A DNA stretch of 64,000 nucleotides, from the NCBI GenBank assembly GCA_002269645.1, contig NIVC01000176.1, positions 1 through 64,000 on the forward strand, written 5' to 3'. Position numbers and translations under genes: made by a program. Source of the stretch: Macrostomum lignano. Its lineage: Eukaryota. Numbering within the stretch: the stretch's first letter is position 1; each line of letters opens with the position of its first letter. Shown here piece by piece: positions 17,227-31,259 of the stretch. Below the pieces are notes generated by a model. The model searched no databases, was not told the DNA's origin, and saw nothing but the letters and a program-made list of their open reading frames with translations.

Positions 17227-18262
17227 AGGTGAGAGAATCACTGATGTGACCTGAAGGTATGAGAATCACTGATGTGACCTGAAGGTATGAGAATCACTGA
17301 TGTGACCTGAAGGCATGAGAATCACTGATGTGACCTGAAGGTATGAGAATCACTGATGTGACCTGAAGGTATGAGAATCACTGATGTGACCTGAAGGTAT
17401 GAGAATCACTGATGTGACCTGAAGGCATGAGAATCACTGATGTGACCTGAAGGTATGAGAATCACTGATGTGACCTGAAGGTATGAGAATCACTGATGTG
17501 ACCTGAAGGTATGAGAATCACTGATGTGACCTGAAGGTATGAGAATCACTGATGTGACCTGAAGGTATGAGAATCACTGATGTGACCTGAAGGCATGAGA
17601 ATCACTGATGAGACCTGAAGGTGAGAATCACTGATGTGACCTGAATGTATGAGAATCACTGATGTGACCTAAAGGTATGAGAATCACTGATGTGACCTGA
17701 AGTGGAGAATCACTGATGTGACCTAAAGGTATGAGAATCACTGATGTGACCTGAAGGCATGAGAATCACTGATGTGACCTAAAGGTATGAGAATCACTGA
17801 TGTGACCTGAAGGCATGAGAATCACTGATGTGACCTGAAGGTATGAGAATCACTGATGTGACCTGAAGGCATGAGAATCACTGATGTGACCTGAAGGTAT
17901 GAGAATCACTGATGTGACCTGAAGGTATGAGAATCACTGATGTGACCTGAAGGTATGAGAATCACTGATGTGACCTGAAGGTATGAGAATCACTGATGTG
18001 ACCTGAAGGTATGAGAATCACTGATGTGACCTGAAGGTACGAGAATCACTGATGTGACCTGAAGGTATGAGAATCACTGATGTGACCTGAAGTGGAGAAT
18101 CACTGATGTGACCTGAAGTGGAGAATCACTGATGTGACCTGAAGTGGAGAATCAATGATGTGACCTGAAGGTGAGAATCACTGATGTGACCTGAAGGTAT
18201 GAGAATCACTGATGTGACCTGAAGTGGAGAATCACTGATGTGACCTGAAGGTGAGAATCACT
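17227..18262. repeat. 28-bp minisatellite with 26-bp variants
   Basis: Unit gaaggtatgagaatcactgatgtgacct repeated over about 1 kb. Confidence 0.95.
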
Positions 18263-19298
18263 GTGCCTTGAAGATGACATTAGAATAATATCGAAGTCTT
18301 AAAGACCAAACTAAAAATTCAAAACAATTCCTTGCCTCAACGAAGTGTCGCAGGGGGGGGGATAATCGGAACAAGAACTTAATCAAAATACTTCAAGTAG
18401 CTTATAAAAATAGAATGACGAGTAGGAATGTACTATACAGGCTATCAAACTTCGATAAAAGTCGCATTTGTCCGCAAAGAATAGTGATTTTACAATGATT
18501 CAATTGATATCGATTTGAGACTTGAGAATAATTTTAGATTATTAGCGGAACGGTGCTAAGCTACTTAGAGTAAGAATAAAGCAAATTTTCTTATTATATA
18601 GCCAAACAAAAACAAAAAGTAGACACAAATTAAACAAACAATTTATATTATGCAAACATCAGCAACTACTTACAACTATTTCATAAGTAGTATGTGATTA
18701 ATAACAAAAAACACGCAATTACTTCAATTAGTGAACTATTGTAGGAATTTTTCCTTATTGTGTGTCACACCAAGGCCAACAGGAGAAAATGCGTAGAAAG
18801 TTTTAAAAAAGTATAGTCTGAATGTTAGAGAAAACATTTTAGCAGTCTATGCGATTAAAAACATTACAGGAAAGACTTCCATGTTTATAAAGACGTTCAT
18901 ATGGAATTTACAGGCTGGTAGTTACGCAGGATCAAAAACAGAGTAAAAAATGCTTCTAAAAGTGAATCTCACTCGACTAGAATACAAATATAGTGTCACA
19001 ATGAGTAAAAATGGCAAATTAATACTAATTATACACCTATATGAGTACTAAGGCTATTTGTTATCAGAGCATAATAAGAACTAATATGCCCTATTCTATA
19101 ACAGTACATTGCAAAACTACAACTATTTCGCTAACAGACTGCTTTGCTTTGTTCTGCGCGGGCTATTTAGGTCAAATAGCGTCAGTTTTATTGCAAGTTA
19201 CTAAACCAACACAGTATATCCGAGGGTTTCGTTCGCAGAAGGAAAGGAAAAGGGGAGAGAGAAGAGGGGGATGGGGTAGGAGAGGGGGAGGAGGGTAA

Positions 19299-19880
19299 GT
19301 GGGGAGGAGGGCCTGGCTGTGTCATCGACTCGCGCATCAAAGCGTGGATCAGGACCCAGCACCGCTCGACTTGGGCGAACTGCACCACCTGCAGGCAATC
19401 CAGAGGCGCTGTCCCTCAGCCCTCTCACCAGCTCCGGAAGCTCCTCTTGCGCCTCTCGCGCAGAGACATCCGGGCTGCCACCATGACCCTCTCTGGTCAC
19501 GGCTGCTTCTCTAGGCACCAGTACCTGCAGGGCAACGCCACCAACGCCATCTGCAGTTTCTGCAACTCAGGTGACGAAACCGCTGAGCATTTCGTCAGCA
19601 TCTGTCCCGACTTTACGCGAGCCAGACTCACTTACCTCGGGCCACACACATCTATTACTGAAGCGTGCAAACCCGAAAACTTTAATCAGCTCATGCGCTA
19701 CCTTCGGGCCACCCGCAGGGCTGAACTCTCCTTTCCAGAGACACTGGGGGACCTCCCTGGGCGGCGCCAACCCTTCGTCTATAGCGACGCGTCGGCCGTT
19801 CAGGGATTAGCGGAATGAGCGTTCGCGCCTTCTTGCTGTCCCCCCCCCGGGAGAGCCCTGCAGCTAAGTAAGTAAGTAAG
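19299..19880 (+). mobile_element. 5'-truncated non-LTR retrotransposon (I/Loa/R1-like ORF2 C-terminus) with (TAAG)n tail
   Basis: One frame reads IKAWIRTQHRSTWANCTTCRQSR...LLLRLSRRDIRAATMTLSGHGCFSRH...CSFCNSGDETAEHFVSICP (CCHC knuckle), stop at 19818, short 3' UTR, then taagtaagtaagtaag. Confidence 0.85.
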
Positions 19881-20120
19881 GGGAGGGGGGAGAGGAGAGG
19901 GGGAGAGAGGAGAGGGAGAAGAGAGAAGGGGGGGAGAGAATAGAGGGAAAGAAGGGGAGGAGAGAGGAGAGGAGAAGAAGGGGAGGAGAGAGGAGAGGAG
20001 AAGAAGGGGAGGAGAGAGGAGAGGAGAAGAAGGGGAGGAGAGAGGAGAGGGGAAGGAGGGGGAGTAGAGGATAGGACAGGGCGATGGTGAGGAGAGAAAT
20101 GAGAGGGAAGGGGAGAATGC
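19881..20120. repeat. Polypurine (GA-rich) simple repeat
   Basis: gaggagag/aagggg tracts; a similar tract lies on the other side of the LINE at 19240-19298. Confidence 0.85.
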
Positions 20121-20335
20121 GATAAGCTATTAGCTCGTATTTTAGAAATCTTACTTTAAAGGTTCGGAATTCAATAAGAATAACAATAATATAAAAAATA
20201 ACAATAAATATCTGGCTTCAGCAATGTGCCCAGCAGAATAAAAAAACTACAAAAGGAAGGAGCTATGGCATCTTTGGCAGAGGTCAGTTATCGGTGATAC
20301 ATAAAACACACAAAGACAGTTACACAAACAAGCGC

Positions 20336-22606
20336 TCAGGTGAACCTGAGGGTCAGCTTGTAAGCCAGCCGAGTGCAAGTCTGGCCAGACACAAAAAACT
20401 TGCACCGCTTCTTCTCCAACGGCGCCAAACTGTAGCCGGCATCGCTCAGGTCCGAGTGCAGGCTGCGCATCAGCGTCTCCTCGTCTGCTGCGCCCGGCCA
20501 GGGACCGAATTTCACGTGGGCGGTCTCGGCCACGCAGCTGGCGTGCTGGGGGGTGGCCTGCAAGGCGATGGGGATTATTGTCACGGACTCACGGTGTCTC
20601 ACTATATGACTCTCACTATGACTCTCACTCTATGACTCTCACGGTGTCTCACTCTATGACTCTCACAGTGTCTCACTCTATGACTCTCACGGTGTCTCAC
20701 TCTATGACTCTCACAGTGTCTCACTCTATGACTCTCACAGTGTCTCACTCTATGACTCTCACAGTGTCTCACTCTATGACTCTCACAGTGTCCCAAACTC
20801 TGACTCAGTGTCACAAAATCTATGACTCACAGTGCCACACACTCTATGACTCACAGTGCCACACACTCTATGACTCACAGTCCCACACACTCTATGACTC
20901 AATGACTTAATGACTCACAGTGCCACACACTCTATGACTCACAGTGCCACACACTCTATGACTCACAGTGCCACACACACTACGACTCACAGTGCCACAC
21001 ACTCTCTGACTCACAGTGCCACACACTATGACTCACAGTGCCACACACTCTCTGACTCGCAGTGCCACATACTATGACTCACAGTGCCACACTCTATGAC
21101 TCACAGTCCCACACACTCTCTGCCTCACAGTCCCACACACTCTATGACTCACAGTGCCACACACTCTATGACTCACAGTGCCACACACTCTCTGACTCAC
21201 AGTGCCACACACTCTATGACTCACAGTGCCACACACTCTATGATTCACAGTGCCACACACTCTATGATTCACAGTGCCACACACTCTCTGACTCACAGTG
21301 CCACACACTCTCTGACCTGACTCACAGTGCCACACACTCTCTGACCTGACTCACAGTGCCACACACTCTCTGACTCACAGTGCCACACACTCTCTGACTC
21401 ACAGTGCCACACACTCTCCGACCTGACTCACATTACCACTCACCTGCAGCCTATGCGGCCATATGAGCAGATCGGCGCAGCGAGTAACGGCGCCCACCTC
21501 GATAGCGGCCGCAATGACTCGAGCCCTCAGATCGGCATAATCGCCAAACTGTTCCTCGTGTCGCTGTCTGACAATCTCCTTAGCAACGGCTGGCGTCACC
21601 GCCAGAGCCTCTTGCAGGCCGGCAAGGCCAAAGTAGCCGGCCTCCTGGTACACGGGCAGGGCCGCTTCGTTAGGCGGCAGTTTGCCGTGCCTGAGATAGT
21701 CCAGAATGTAGCCGAAGTACACGCCGTTGGTGTCGATGAAGTAGTAGCCGTGACGGTCCCGCTGCATCTCGTGCCGACCTGGCGATTAGCGAGATCAAAT
21801 TAAGTGTTGCAAATTTAATCTTAGACTGAGGCTTTAGAAGCACTTTCAGACACGAAGTCAGGTATATTAGGTCTATATACATGGGTAGACAGACTAAGTG
21901 ACAGATAGATTACACAGACTGAGTGATAGCTTGAGTGACATATTGAGTACACAGACTGAGTGACATATTGAGTACACAGACTGAGTGACATATTGAGTAC
22001 ACAGACTGAGTGACATATTGAGTACACAGACTGAGTGACATATTGAGTACACAGACTGAGTGACATATTGAGTACACAGACTGAGTGACATATTGAGTAC
22101 ACAGACTAAGTGAAAGACTGAGTAAGCAGACCGAATACACAGACTGAGTACACAGACCGAGTGACAGACCGGGTAACTAACTGAGCAGTACGGAGCAGCG
22201 CATCACCTGAAAACATGGCAGCCAACATTGAGTCAGGCTCCTTGAGCAGAGTGCTCCGCCTAGTAATATAGCTGACACCGCCAACGTTGAGCGGCACCAC
22301 AGCCGGGCACTGATAGGTAGATTGCTGCTTCTGCTGTTGCCTCTGCTGTCTTTGATGCTTCTGCTGCTGCTGGTTGGAGCCGACGCTCTCCATATCGTTG
22401 AAACCGACGCCAGCGGCGGCTAAAGGCGAAACTCGACGACTTTCGGCGCTACGCGGCGCGGTCAAACTCGAAGCGGACTGGCGCCTCGACGTCGCCCAGC
22501 GATTGGCATCGTCGCCGTTGACGCCGATGGCGACAGACGCAGATTTGGCTTTGAAATCTTCTTCTTCAGTGCTGCTGCCGCTGCTACTGGCGAGTGGCAA
22601 AGACAT
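20336..22606 (-). CDS. KCTD7: BTB/POZ protein, KCTD7/KCTD14-like; exons 22606-22207, 21778-21444, 20557-20336
   Basis: T1-type BTB (VVPLNVGG...TLLKEPDSMLAAMFSG|RH...YFIDTNGVYFGYILDYLRHG) and C-terminal VKFGPW...DL..GY motif; canonical GT-AG sites with matching phases. KCTD7 versus KCTD14 orthology is not resolved. Confidence 0.85.
20590..21430. repeat. 22-24-bp intronic minisatellite (KCTD intron 2)
   Basis: Units tcacagtgtctcactctatgactc changing to tcacagtgccacacactctatgac. Confidence 0.9.
21905..22100. repeat. 25-bp intronic minisatellite (KCTD intron 1)
   Basis: Unit gagtgacatattgagtacacagact. Confidence 0.9.
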
Positions 22607-22777
22607 TTTTGAGCTGCAATCTGGCGTGTGAAATTTGATTCTATTTGTTAATATATTTAACATTCGTATTTGTTTTCTCACCTACTATTCTACTATACAT
22701 CCAGTATAGTAGTAAGCTATGAAAGTTTCACTTATTATTTATTTAAATTGATGAACTGTTAAACATTTTATTGTGAC

Positions 22778-23330
22778 TATAATCAAGACTGATTTATGAC
22801 TATAATCGAGACTGATTTATGACTATAATCGAGACTGATTTATGACTATAATCGAGACTGATTTATGACTATAATCGAGACTGATTTATGATTATAATCA
22901 CGACTGATTTATGACTATAATCAAGACTGATTTATGACTATAATCAAGACTGATTTATGACTATAATCAAGACTGATTTATGACTATAATCAAGACTGAT
23001 TTATGACTATAATCGAGACTGATTTATGACTATAATCGAGACTGATTTATGACTATAATCGAGACTGATTTATGACTATAATCAAGACTGATTTATGACT
23101 ATAATCGAGACTGATTTATGACTATAATCGAGACTGATTTATGACTATAATCGAGACTGATTTATGACTATAATCGAGACTGATTTATGACTATAATCAA
23201 GACTGATTTATGACTATAATCAAGACTGATTTATGACTATAATCGAGACTGATTTATGACTATAATCAAGACTGATTTATGACTATAATCAAGACTGATT
23301 TATGACTATAATCGAGACTGATTTATGATT
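22778..23330. repeat. 23-bp minisatellite
   Basis: Unit gactataatc(g/a)agactgatttat, about 24 copies. Confidence 0.93.
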
Positions 23331-23909
23331 ACAATTAAGGCTGCTTAAGATTTCACCTCTAATGAACAAACTAACTGTATAGATAAGGGTAATAAAAAAG
23401 TACAAACACAAAGACTACTAACATAGCAGATTAAACGAAAATGTCGTGTGCAGCACTTGTATTTTTTAACTTAAACGATCGCACATTCTGGTTTAGTTTC
23501 TAGGATAATTATAGATAAGTAACCATTTAATATTATTTGCAATTAATTATCATATTCTTGCAAGAACAAAGGAAAGAAGCACACATGATCGATACTTTTG
23601 ACTAAGAATCTGTCTCTCCGCTCCATCAGTGCTTGAGAAACTGCTTAGAACTAAATAAACGAATTACTAATGACACAGGAGATAAAGGACACATACGAAC
23701 AACAAGAAACACTGCACAAGCTGAATTAAACCTAGTTGTTAATATATTGTACCATCGTACACCTGCAATGAAATTATGACAGATGAGAAATGATGCATAC
23801 ATGTATCAACTATGATTCTGAATAATATAAGCAAAAACACTACCAGTCGACCAGCAGTCTTATTTACACTTGCATAGACACAGCTACCATAGGGGCCAAG
23901 AAATTGTGC

Positions 23910-26900
23910 TCAAAGTTTAAAAGCTTTCGGCGCAGGTCCGTCAGCAGCCACTGTGTGCCGCTTGCCCCCTCCAGCGCCTCCACCGCCGCCCCCGCCTCCG
24001 ATCATATTCTGAATCTGATTCCACTGCTTATTCAGCTCGGCCTTCTCGTCTTTCTGTCCGGCCAGCTCCCGGCGTCGGGTCTTGCGCCCGTCGGACATTT
24101 TCACGCCGTATTGAAAAGCGGCCTTGGGCAAGGCCTCCTTGCTGGCCATGAACGAAGCGTACTGATCGGGATCCTCGAAATCCCATCGATTAATCGGGCC
24201 TTTTTTCTTGCCAACGTCCATTTTAGTATAGTCAGTCTCGTCGTCCGAGTCGCCCATAGCGTCGTAGGATTCTACGTAGCCCGGGTAGCATTCGTCATAG
24301 CCGCTGGCTTCGTTGCGAATGGCCGCTCTGGCCGCCTGCTTTCGCTGCTGACGGGCAGTAGTCAGATCGCCCTGCACCGGCTGTTGCTGCTGCTCAGGCT
24401 GCATCAGCTGCTCCGTGGAATCCGCCACCCGATTTAATTCGCCAACCACTGCGGCAGCGGCTTTTGCCGTTGTTGGCGGGCGCCACATCGACTCGCGCTG
24501 CAGGTCGGGGTCGGTGGCGTCGAAATAGGCGCGAGACGAGGCCGACGGCGCCGCTGCTGATGGCCTATCGCGGTCACGGTGTCTGTCACGATCGCGTTCG
24601 CGATAGTGGCCGCGGTCGCGGTCACGGTCACGGTCGCGGTCACGGTCTCGGTGATCTCTGTCGCCGTGATCGCGATGATCTCGGTCGCGACCGCTGTTGA
24701 ATGACATTTAGGTGTACAAATATTAATCATCTATTGCAGATTTAGTATTGTCTATAAATTGAAAGCTTAAGGAATGCGGAGATGCCATGGCTCAATGGGG
24801 AGATGCCATGACTCAATGGGGAGATGCCATGACTCAATGGGAGATGCCATGACTCAATGGGGAGATGCCATGACTCAATGGTGAGATGCCATGACTCAAT
24901 GGGGAGATGCCATGACTCAATGGGGAGATGCCATGACTCAATGGTGAGATGCCATGACTCAATGGTGAGATGCCATGACTCAATGGGGAGATGCCATGAC
25001 TCAATGGTGAGATGCCATGACTCAATGGGGAGATGCCATGACTCAATGGGGAGATGCCATGACTCAATGGGGAGATGCCATGACTCAATGGGGAGATGCC
25101 ATGACTCAATGGTGAGATGCCATGAATCAATGGGGAGATGCCATGACTCAATGGGGAGATGCCATGACTCAATGGGGAGATGCCATGACTCAATGGGGAG
25201 ATGCCATGACTCAATGGTGAGATGCCATGACTCAATGGTGAGATGCCATGACTCAATGGGGAGATGCCATGACTCAATGGTGAGATGCCATGACTCAATG
25301 GGGAGATGCCATGACTCAATGGGGAGATGCCATGACTCAATGGGGAGATGCCATGACTCAATGGTGAGATGCCATGACTCAATGGTGAGATGCCATGAAT
25401 CAATGGGGAGATGCCATGACTCAATGGGGAGATGCCATGACTCAATGGGGAGATGCCATGACTCAATGGGGAGATGCCATGACTCAATGGGGAGATGCCA
25501 TGACTCAATGGGGAGATGCCATGACTCAATGGGGAGATGCCATGACTGAATGGGGAGATGCCATGACTCAATGGGGAGATGCTTCTCATGAGATGCCATG
25601 ACTCAATGGGGAGATGCCATGACTCAATGGGGAGATGCCATGACTCAATGGGGAGATGCCATGAATCAATGGGGAGATGCCATGACTCAATGGGGAGATG
25701 CCATGACTCAATGGTGAGATGCCATGACTCAATGGGGAGATGCCATGACTCAATGGGGAGATGCCATGACTCAATGGGGAGATGCCATGACTGAATGGGG
25801 AGATGCCATGACTCAATGGGGAGATGCCATGACTCAATGGGGAGATGCCATGACTCAATGGGGAGATGCCATGACTCAATGGGAAGATGCTGAGATGCTA
25901 TGACTCAATGGGGAGATGCTGAGATGATATGACTGAATGGGGAGATGCTGAGATGCCATGACTCAATGGGGAGATGCTGAGATGCCATGACTCAATGGGA
26001 AGATGCTGAGATGCTATGACTCAATGGGGAGATGCTGAGATGCCATGACTGAATGGGAAGATGCTGAGATGCTATGACTCAATGGGGAGATGCTGAGATG
26101 CCATGACTGGATGGGGAGATGCTGAGATGCCATGACTCAATGGGGAGATGCTATGACTTATTGGGGAGATGCCATGGCTCAATGAAGAATTGCTGAGATG
26201 CCTGATGCTATAAACGCAAGTAAAAGTAAAATTCATAGCAATCAACACTTACCGTTTATACCCGGAATCCCGGTCCCGGTAGTCCCTCTCGCGATCCCTA
26301 TCCCGGTCTCGGTCCCGGCCGGAGCGCGAACTTGCAGTGTTAGCCAGCTCGTCTTCATCGTAGATTGAGTAGCCAGCTCCGGCAGATCCAGACGGTCCAG
26401 CGACAGAGGAACCAGTCAGCTGCTGCTGCTGCTGCTGCTGCTGTTGCTGCTGCTGTTGCTGCTTGGCCTTCTTAGCCTGTCGCTTACCAACACGCAGATA
26501 GCTGATAATCTGCGCCAGCTTATTAATAATAATATCGTTAGTAGTGACGGAACTGTCCGGGCCTGTCGGGCACTCGGCTTTGCTACGAATAATTGTTGTT
26601 GGCACGTCGAATTCGGCGAATTCCTCTTCGAGATCGATTCGATAGGCCATGCGACCTGGCGCGAACTTCATCACGGGAGAGGGCGGGTGGGGCTGGGTTA
26701 GTTTAGCCTAGAGGGCCAGATAAAGAGCCTAGCTAATTACCACGGGCCAAGATGAGACATGAAAGGGAACAAAGGTGCAGAGACAGAATAGGAAAGAGGG
26801 GATAAAAAAAGAGATGATGAGAGAAGAAAAAAAGGAAAAGAAGAGAGGAGAAGAAAAGATGAAATTAGAGAGCAGAGAGAGAAGGGGGAGAGGAAAAGAG

Positions 26901-29701
26901 AAAAGAAAAGAAAGAAAAGAAGCCGGAGAGAGGATCGAGAGGAGAGAGAAGTTCAAGAGGAGGGAAGAGAGGATCGAGCGAAGGGGAGGAGAGGGGAGGA
27001 GAGAGAGGAGGAGAGGAGAGGAGAGGAGAGGAGAGGAGAGGAGAGGAGAGGAGAGAGGAGATGAGAGGAGAGAAGAGGAGAGGAGAGGAGAGGAGAGGAG
27101 AGGAGAGGAGAGAGGAGAGGAGAGGAGAGGCGAGGAGAGGAGATGAGAGGAGAGGAGAGGAGAGGAGAGAGAGGAGAGAGGAGAGGAGAGAGAGGAGAGG
27201 AGAGGAGAGGGGAGAAGAGGAGAGAGAGAAGAGGAGAGGAGAGGAGAGGAGAGGAGAGAGAGAAGAGGAGAGAAGAGGATAGGAGAGGAGAGAAGAGGAG
27301 AGAGAGAAGAGGAGAGAGAGAAGAGGAGAGGAGAGGAGAGGAGAGGAGAGAGAGAAGAGGAGAGGAGAGGAGAGGAGAGGAGAGAAGAGGAGAGAGAGAA
27401 GGGATCGAGAGAAGAGGGCAGAGAGGATTGAGAGAGGAGAGAAAAGGAGAGAAGAGGAAAGGAGAGGAGAGGAGAGGAGAGGAGAGGAGAGGAGAGAGGA
27501 GAGGCGAGGAGAGGAGATGAGAGGAGAGGAGAGGAGAGGAGAGGAGAGGAGAGGAGAGAGGAGAGGAGAGAAGAGGAGAGGAGAGGAGAGGAGAGGAGAG
27601 GAGAGAGGAGAGGAGAGGAGAGGAGAGGCGAGGAGAGGGGAGAAGAGGAGAGAGAGAAGAGGAGAGGAGAGGAGAGGAGAGGAGAGAGAGAAGAGGAGAG
27701 AAGAGGATAGGAGAGGAGAGAAGAGGAGAGAGAGAAGGGATCGAGAGAAGAGGGCAGAGAGGATTGAGAGAGGAGAGAAAAGGAGAGAAGAGGAAAGAGA
27801 GGAGAGAAGAGAGAGAGGATAGAGAAGAGTCCTGAGTAAAGTTATGTGTTCTGACACAAAAAACCCAGTGGCGGGGCGGATATTGTAAAAATTCTAATTG
27901 CTCCGTCTGCAGCATTTAAAAATCAACCGTAAAAAGGTATGGTGTTTTTTACGTCCGTAAAAGTCAATTAAATATATAGAGACATCCATGTCCGCACAAA
28001 CTACTAACTAAAAAGTAAGGAAAATAAATATATTAAAAAAATCTCACCAAGTCGTTCCGCTGCAACGGCCGGTTGCGATCTAGCAGGACTCTCATCACCG
28101 ACCGGCCCAGCGCCGTCTTGGTGTTGGCAACCGCTGCTGCAGCTGCCGCCGAGGCAGCCGACGAAGCAGACGCGGCCGAAGCCGCCGTAGCAGCGGCGGC
28201 AGCCTCGGCAGCTGCGGCCGCGGCGGCGACTTCGTCAACGTCGACTGCGGCAATTCGACCGCCGCCGATACCGACACCGCCAACATCGCCGCCGGCGTCG
28301 ATGCCTTCGGTGTCGCCGGACAACTCTGCGGCGACAATTCGAGCTCGAGTTTTGTCTAGCAGGGCATAGTCAAGGCCCTTCACCAGGTGAGTGTGGTCCA
28401 TGTCGCCGCCCAGGTATTTGCTCTCCTCGATCAGTTGGCGGCGGCGCTCGGCGCTGGCCGCAGTCTGCTGGACTTCGCCGGCGCCGGGTGCAACGGATCT
28501 GCAGATGTGGCGGCGAATAAAGTACTATTTATTGCTTACATTAGTATACTCGCTCCTAACGAAACTCATTGTCAACTGATTACCACGTGGTACTGTGAGG
28601 ATCTGGGAGGCTGGCCCAGCAACTGAGGACCTGGAAGACTGGCCAAGCAACGAGGATCTGGGAGGCTGGCCCAGCAACTGAGGATCTGGGAGGCTGGCCC
28701 AGCAAATAAGGATCTGGGAGGCTGGCCCAGCAAATGAGGATCTGGGAGGCTGGCCCAGCAACTGAGGATCTGGGAGGCTGGCCCAGCAAATAAGGATCTG
28801 GGAGGCTGGCCCAGCAAATAAGGATCTGGGAGGCTGGCCCAGCAACTGGGGATCTAGGAGGCTGGCCCAACAACTGAGGATCTGGGAGGCTGGCCCAGCA
28901 ACTGAGGATCTGGGAGGCTGGCCCAACAACTGAGGATCTGGGAGGCTGGCCCAGCAACTGAGGATCTGGGAGGCTGGCCCAACAACTGAGGATCTGGGAG
29001 GCTGGCCCAGCAACTGAGGATCTGGGAGGCTGGCCCAACAACTGAGGATCTGGGAGGCTGGCCCAGCAACTGAGGATCTGGGAGGCTGGCCCAACAACTG
29101 AGGATCTGGGAGGCTGGCCCAACGACTGAGGATCCTTGGGCGGTGGTTTCGAGGGAGACCTGGGACAGGGTCTCAGACCTCAGACCAGCAGTAAAGCCAG
29201 GAAGCCCCCCCCCCACCTGTAATCGGTGGTGGCCGACACCTCCAGTTCAGCGCCGCCGCCGGCCCGCCGCTCCTTGGCGCGGTCCCGATAGGCATCCCCG
29301 CCTGCGGCGTCCCCGTCGGCCCCCTCGCCGCGACCCTCGGCGGCCTCCTTCTTGGCCCGCTGCTTGGCCAGCCAGGCCGCTTTTTTCTTTTTCCGTTCGC
29401 TGGCGGCGGCCGAGTCTGTTGGCCGCTTCGGTCGGACAAAGGTGCCGCCGCCGGTGGCGGCAGTGGACGCCGAACCTGGCGTCTCCGCAGCCACAGCACC
29501 GGAGGAGCCGCTGGAAGCCCGCGGCGTGTTCAACAATCGACGAAAATCGTCATTAGTCAGTCGTTGAGACTGCAGCCGTTGAGACGAGTCGTTGTTGCTA
29601 GGGGAAAAGTCGCCGCCGCCGCCGCCGCCTTCGCTTCTGCCAGCGGAGACGTCGTGATCGGCCGGGGCGATTGGATTGTGAAAAGCCTCCGCTTCGGTCA
29701 T
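23910..29701 (-). CDS. IK: Protein Red / IK spliceosomal protein; exons 29701-29217, 28498-28048, 26692-26253, 24693-23910
   Basis: RED_N motifs LTNDDFRRLLNTPR, YRDRAKERR, ESKYLGGDMDHTHLVKGLDYALL, PGRMAY...PTTIIRSKAECP; RD repeats; RED_C motifs YDECYPG, RWDFE, KEALPKAAFQYGVKMSDGRKT; splice phases consistent. Confidence 0.95.
24775..26190. repeat. 21-bp intronic minisatellite (IK intron 3)
   Basis: Unit ggggagatgccatgactcaat over about 1.4 kb. Confidence 0.95.
26790..27830. repeat. (GAGAG)n polypurine microsatellite (IK intron 2)
   Basis: About 1 kb of almost pure A/G. Confidence 0.95.
28590..29135. repeat. 28-bp intronic minisatellite (IK intron 1)
   Basis: Unit gaggatctgggaggctggcccagcaact. 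Confidence 0.95.
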
Positions 29702-29889
29702 TGTCTCGGTGTTTTATTTAATAATTATTAATTATGGTGTCACGGATTTTCGGTACACTAGGCGACAATCAAAGTAGTTCGAGTAGGTTTCAGAAAAAAA
29801 TGAACTGAACTCCATTGTAGCACGTCTTGAATGGAGTTATCTTACAGATCAGAGACTATAGAGGATCTGTAAGAAATATTAGGGAATCA

Positions 29890-30455
29890 GGGATGGGGTG
29901 GTGGCTCAAGCTGGGGATCAAGGATGGGGTGGTGGCTCAAACTGGTTATCAGGCATGGGATGGCAGCTCAAGCTGGGGATCAGGGATGGGATAGCAGCTC
30001 AAGCTGGGGATCAGGGATTGGGTGGTGGCTCAAGCTGGGGATCAGGGATTGGGTGGTGGCTCAAGCTGGGGATCAAGGATGGGGTGGTGGCTCAAACTGG
30101 GGATCAAGGATGGGGTGGTGGCTCAAACTGGGGATCAGGGATGGGGTGGTGGCTCAAGCTGGGGATCAGTGATGGGATAGCAGCTCAAGCTGGGGATCAG
30201 GGATGGGATAGCAGCTCAAGCTGGGGATCAGGGATGGGATAGCATCTCAAGCTGGGGATCAGGGATGGGATAGCAGCTCAAGCTGGGGATCAGGGATGGG
30301 ATAGTAGCTCAAGCTGGGGATCAGGGATGGGATAGCAGCTCAAGCTGGGGATCAGGGATGGGATAGCATCTCAAGCTGGGGATCAGGGATGGGATAGCAG
30401 CTCAAGCTGGGGATCAGGGATGGGATAGCATCTCAAGCTGGGGATCAGGGATGGC
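29890..30455. repeat. 31-bp minisatellite
   Basis: Unit ctcaagctggggatcagggatgggatagcag and variants. Confidence 0.9.
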
Positions 30456-31259
30456 AATTAAAAATCAGAGGAAAATGCTGTGCAAAGCAGTGACAATCGA
30501 CAACACACTTGAAAGCAAATATCAAATATATAACAATGAATGGAAATCGTTCTGTAAAGACAACAAAATTCATACAATTTTCACAACTTTTTAACACGTC
30601 AAACGCTTCATAAAAACTTTGCAAGTCAATCAGAGAAGAACTGAGTTGGGATGAACTACCGGTACATGCTAAATACTAACCCTATTACTTGTCAGTAGCG
30701 AGCATCGCCCCCAAATCAGATTACCTCTACTTTCGTTAAACCTCGTCACACAGTTTACTAGCGAAAAAATTTATTTACAAAATCAAAATGATACAATTAT
30801 TGAATTGGAAAGACATTCATAAAACACAAGCATGAAATAGTTTTAAAATAACATTTATAATCCAAATTTAAAGTGCAATATTTCTAGAAAATATATATAA
30901 GAAACGCCTTTTCCTTCAACAAAGAGCAAAATTTTCCTAATAAAGAGGCTCTCATTCTTAAAGAGCAATAGTTAAAAGTGCCATTTTTAAAACTAGGAGA
31001 GCCATTTCTTAAAATGAAAGCGCCATTTACTAATTACGAGCGCCATTTTTTGAACTGGAAGTGCCAATTCTGAAAATGATTTGTCATTTAGAGTCCAGTT
31101 CAACTACAAATACATGTTTCTGCAAATTTGCTGTAAAATGGGTACCAGCATTAGGTGGGGTAATTGAGGCTGTGTGGTAACCCCCCCCCCGTAAACTAAT
31201 TTATAATTTTCCCACTAATTATGCTCCAACATCATATAAAGTGGTTTAGGGCACATTAA

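Noticed and set aside
24742-27915. Long repetitive ORFs (SHGISPL, ESWHLPI, SSPLL, EERRG)
   Set aside because: Stop-free frames of intronic mini- and microsatellites inside IK.
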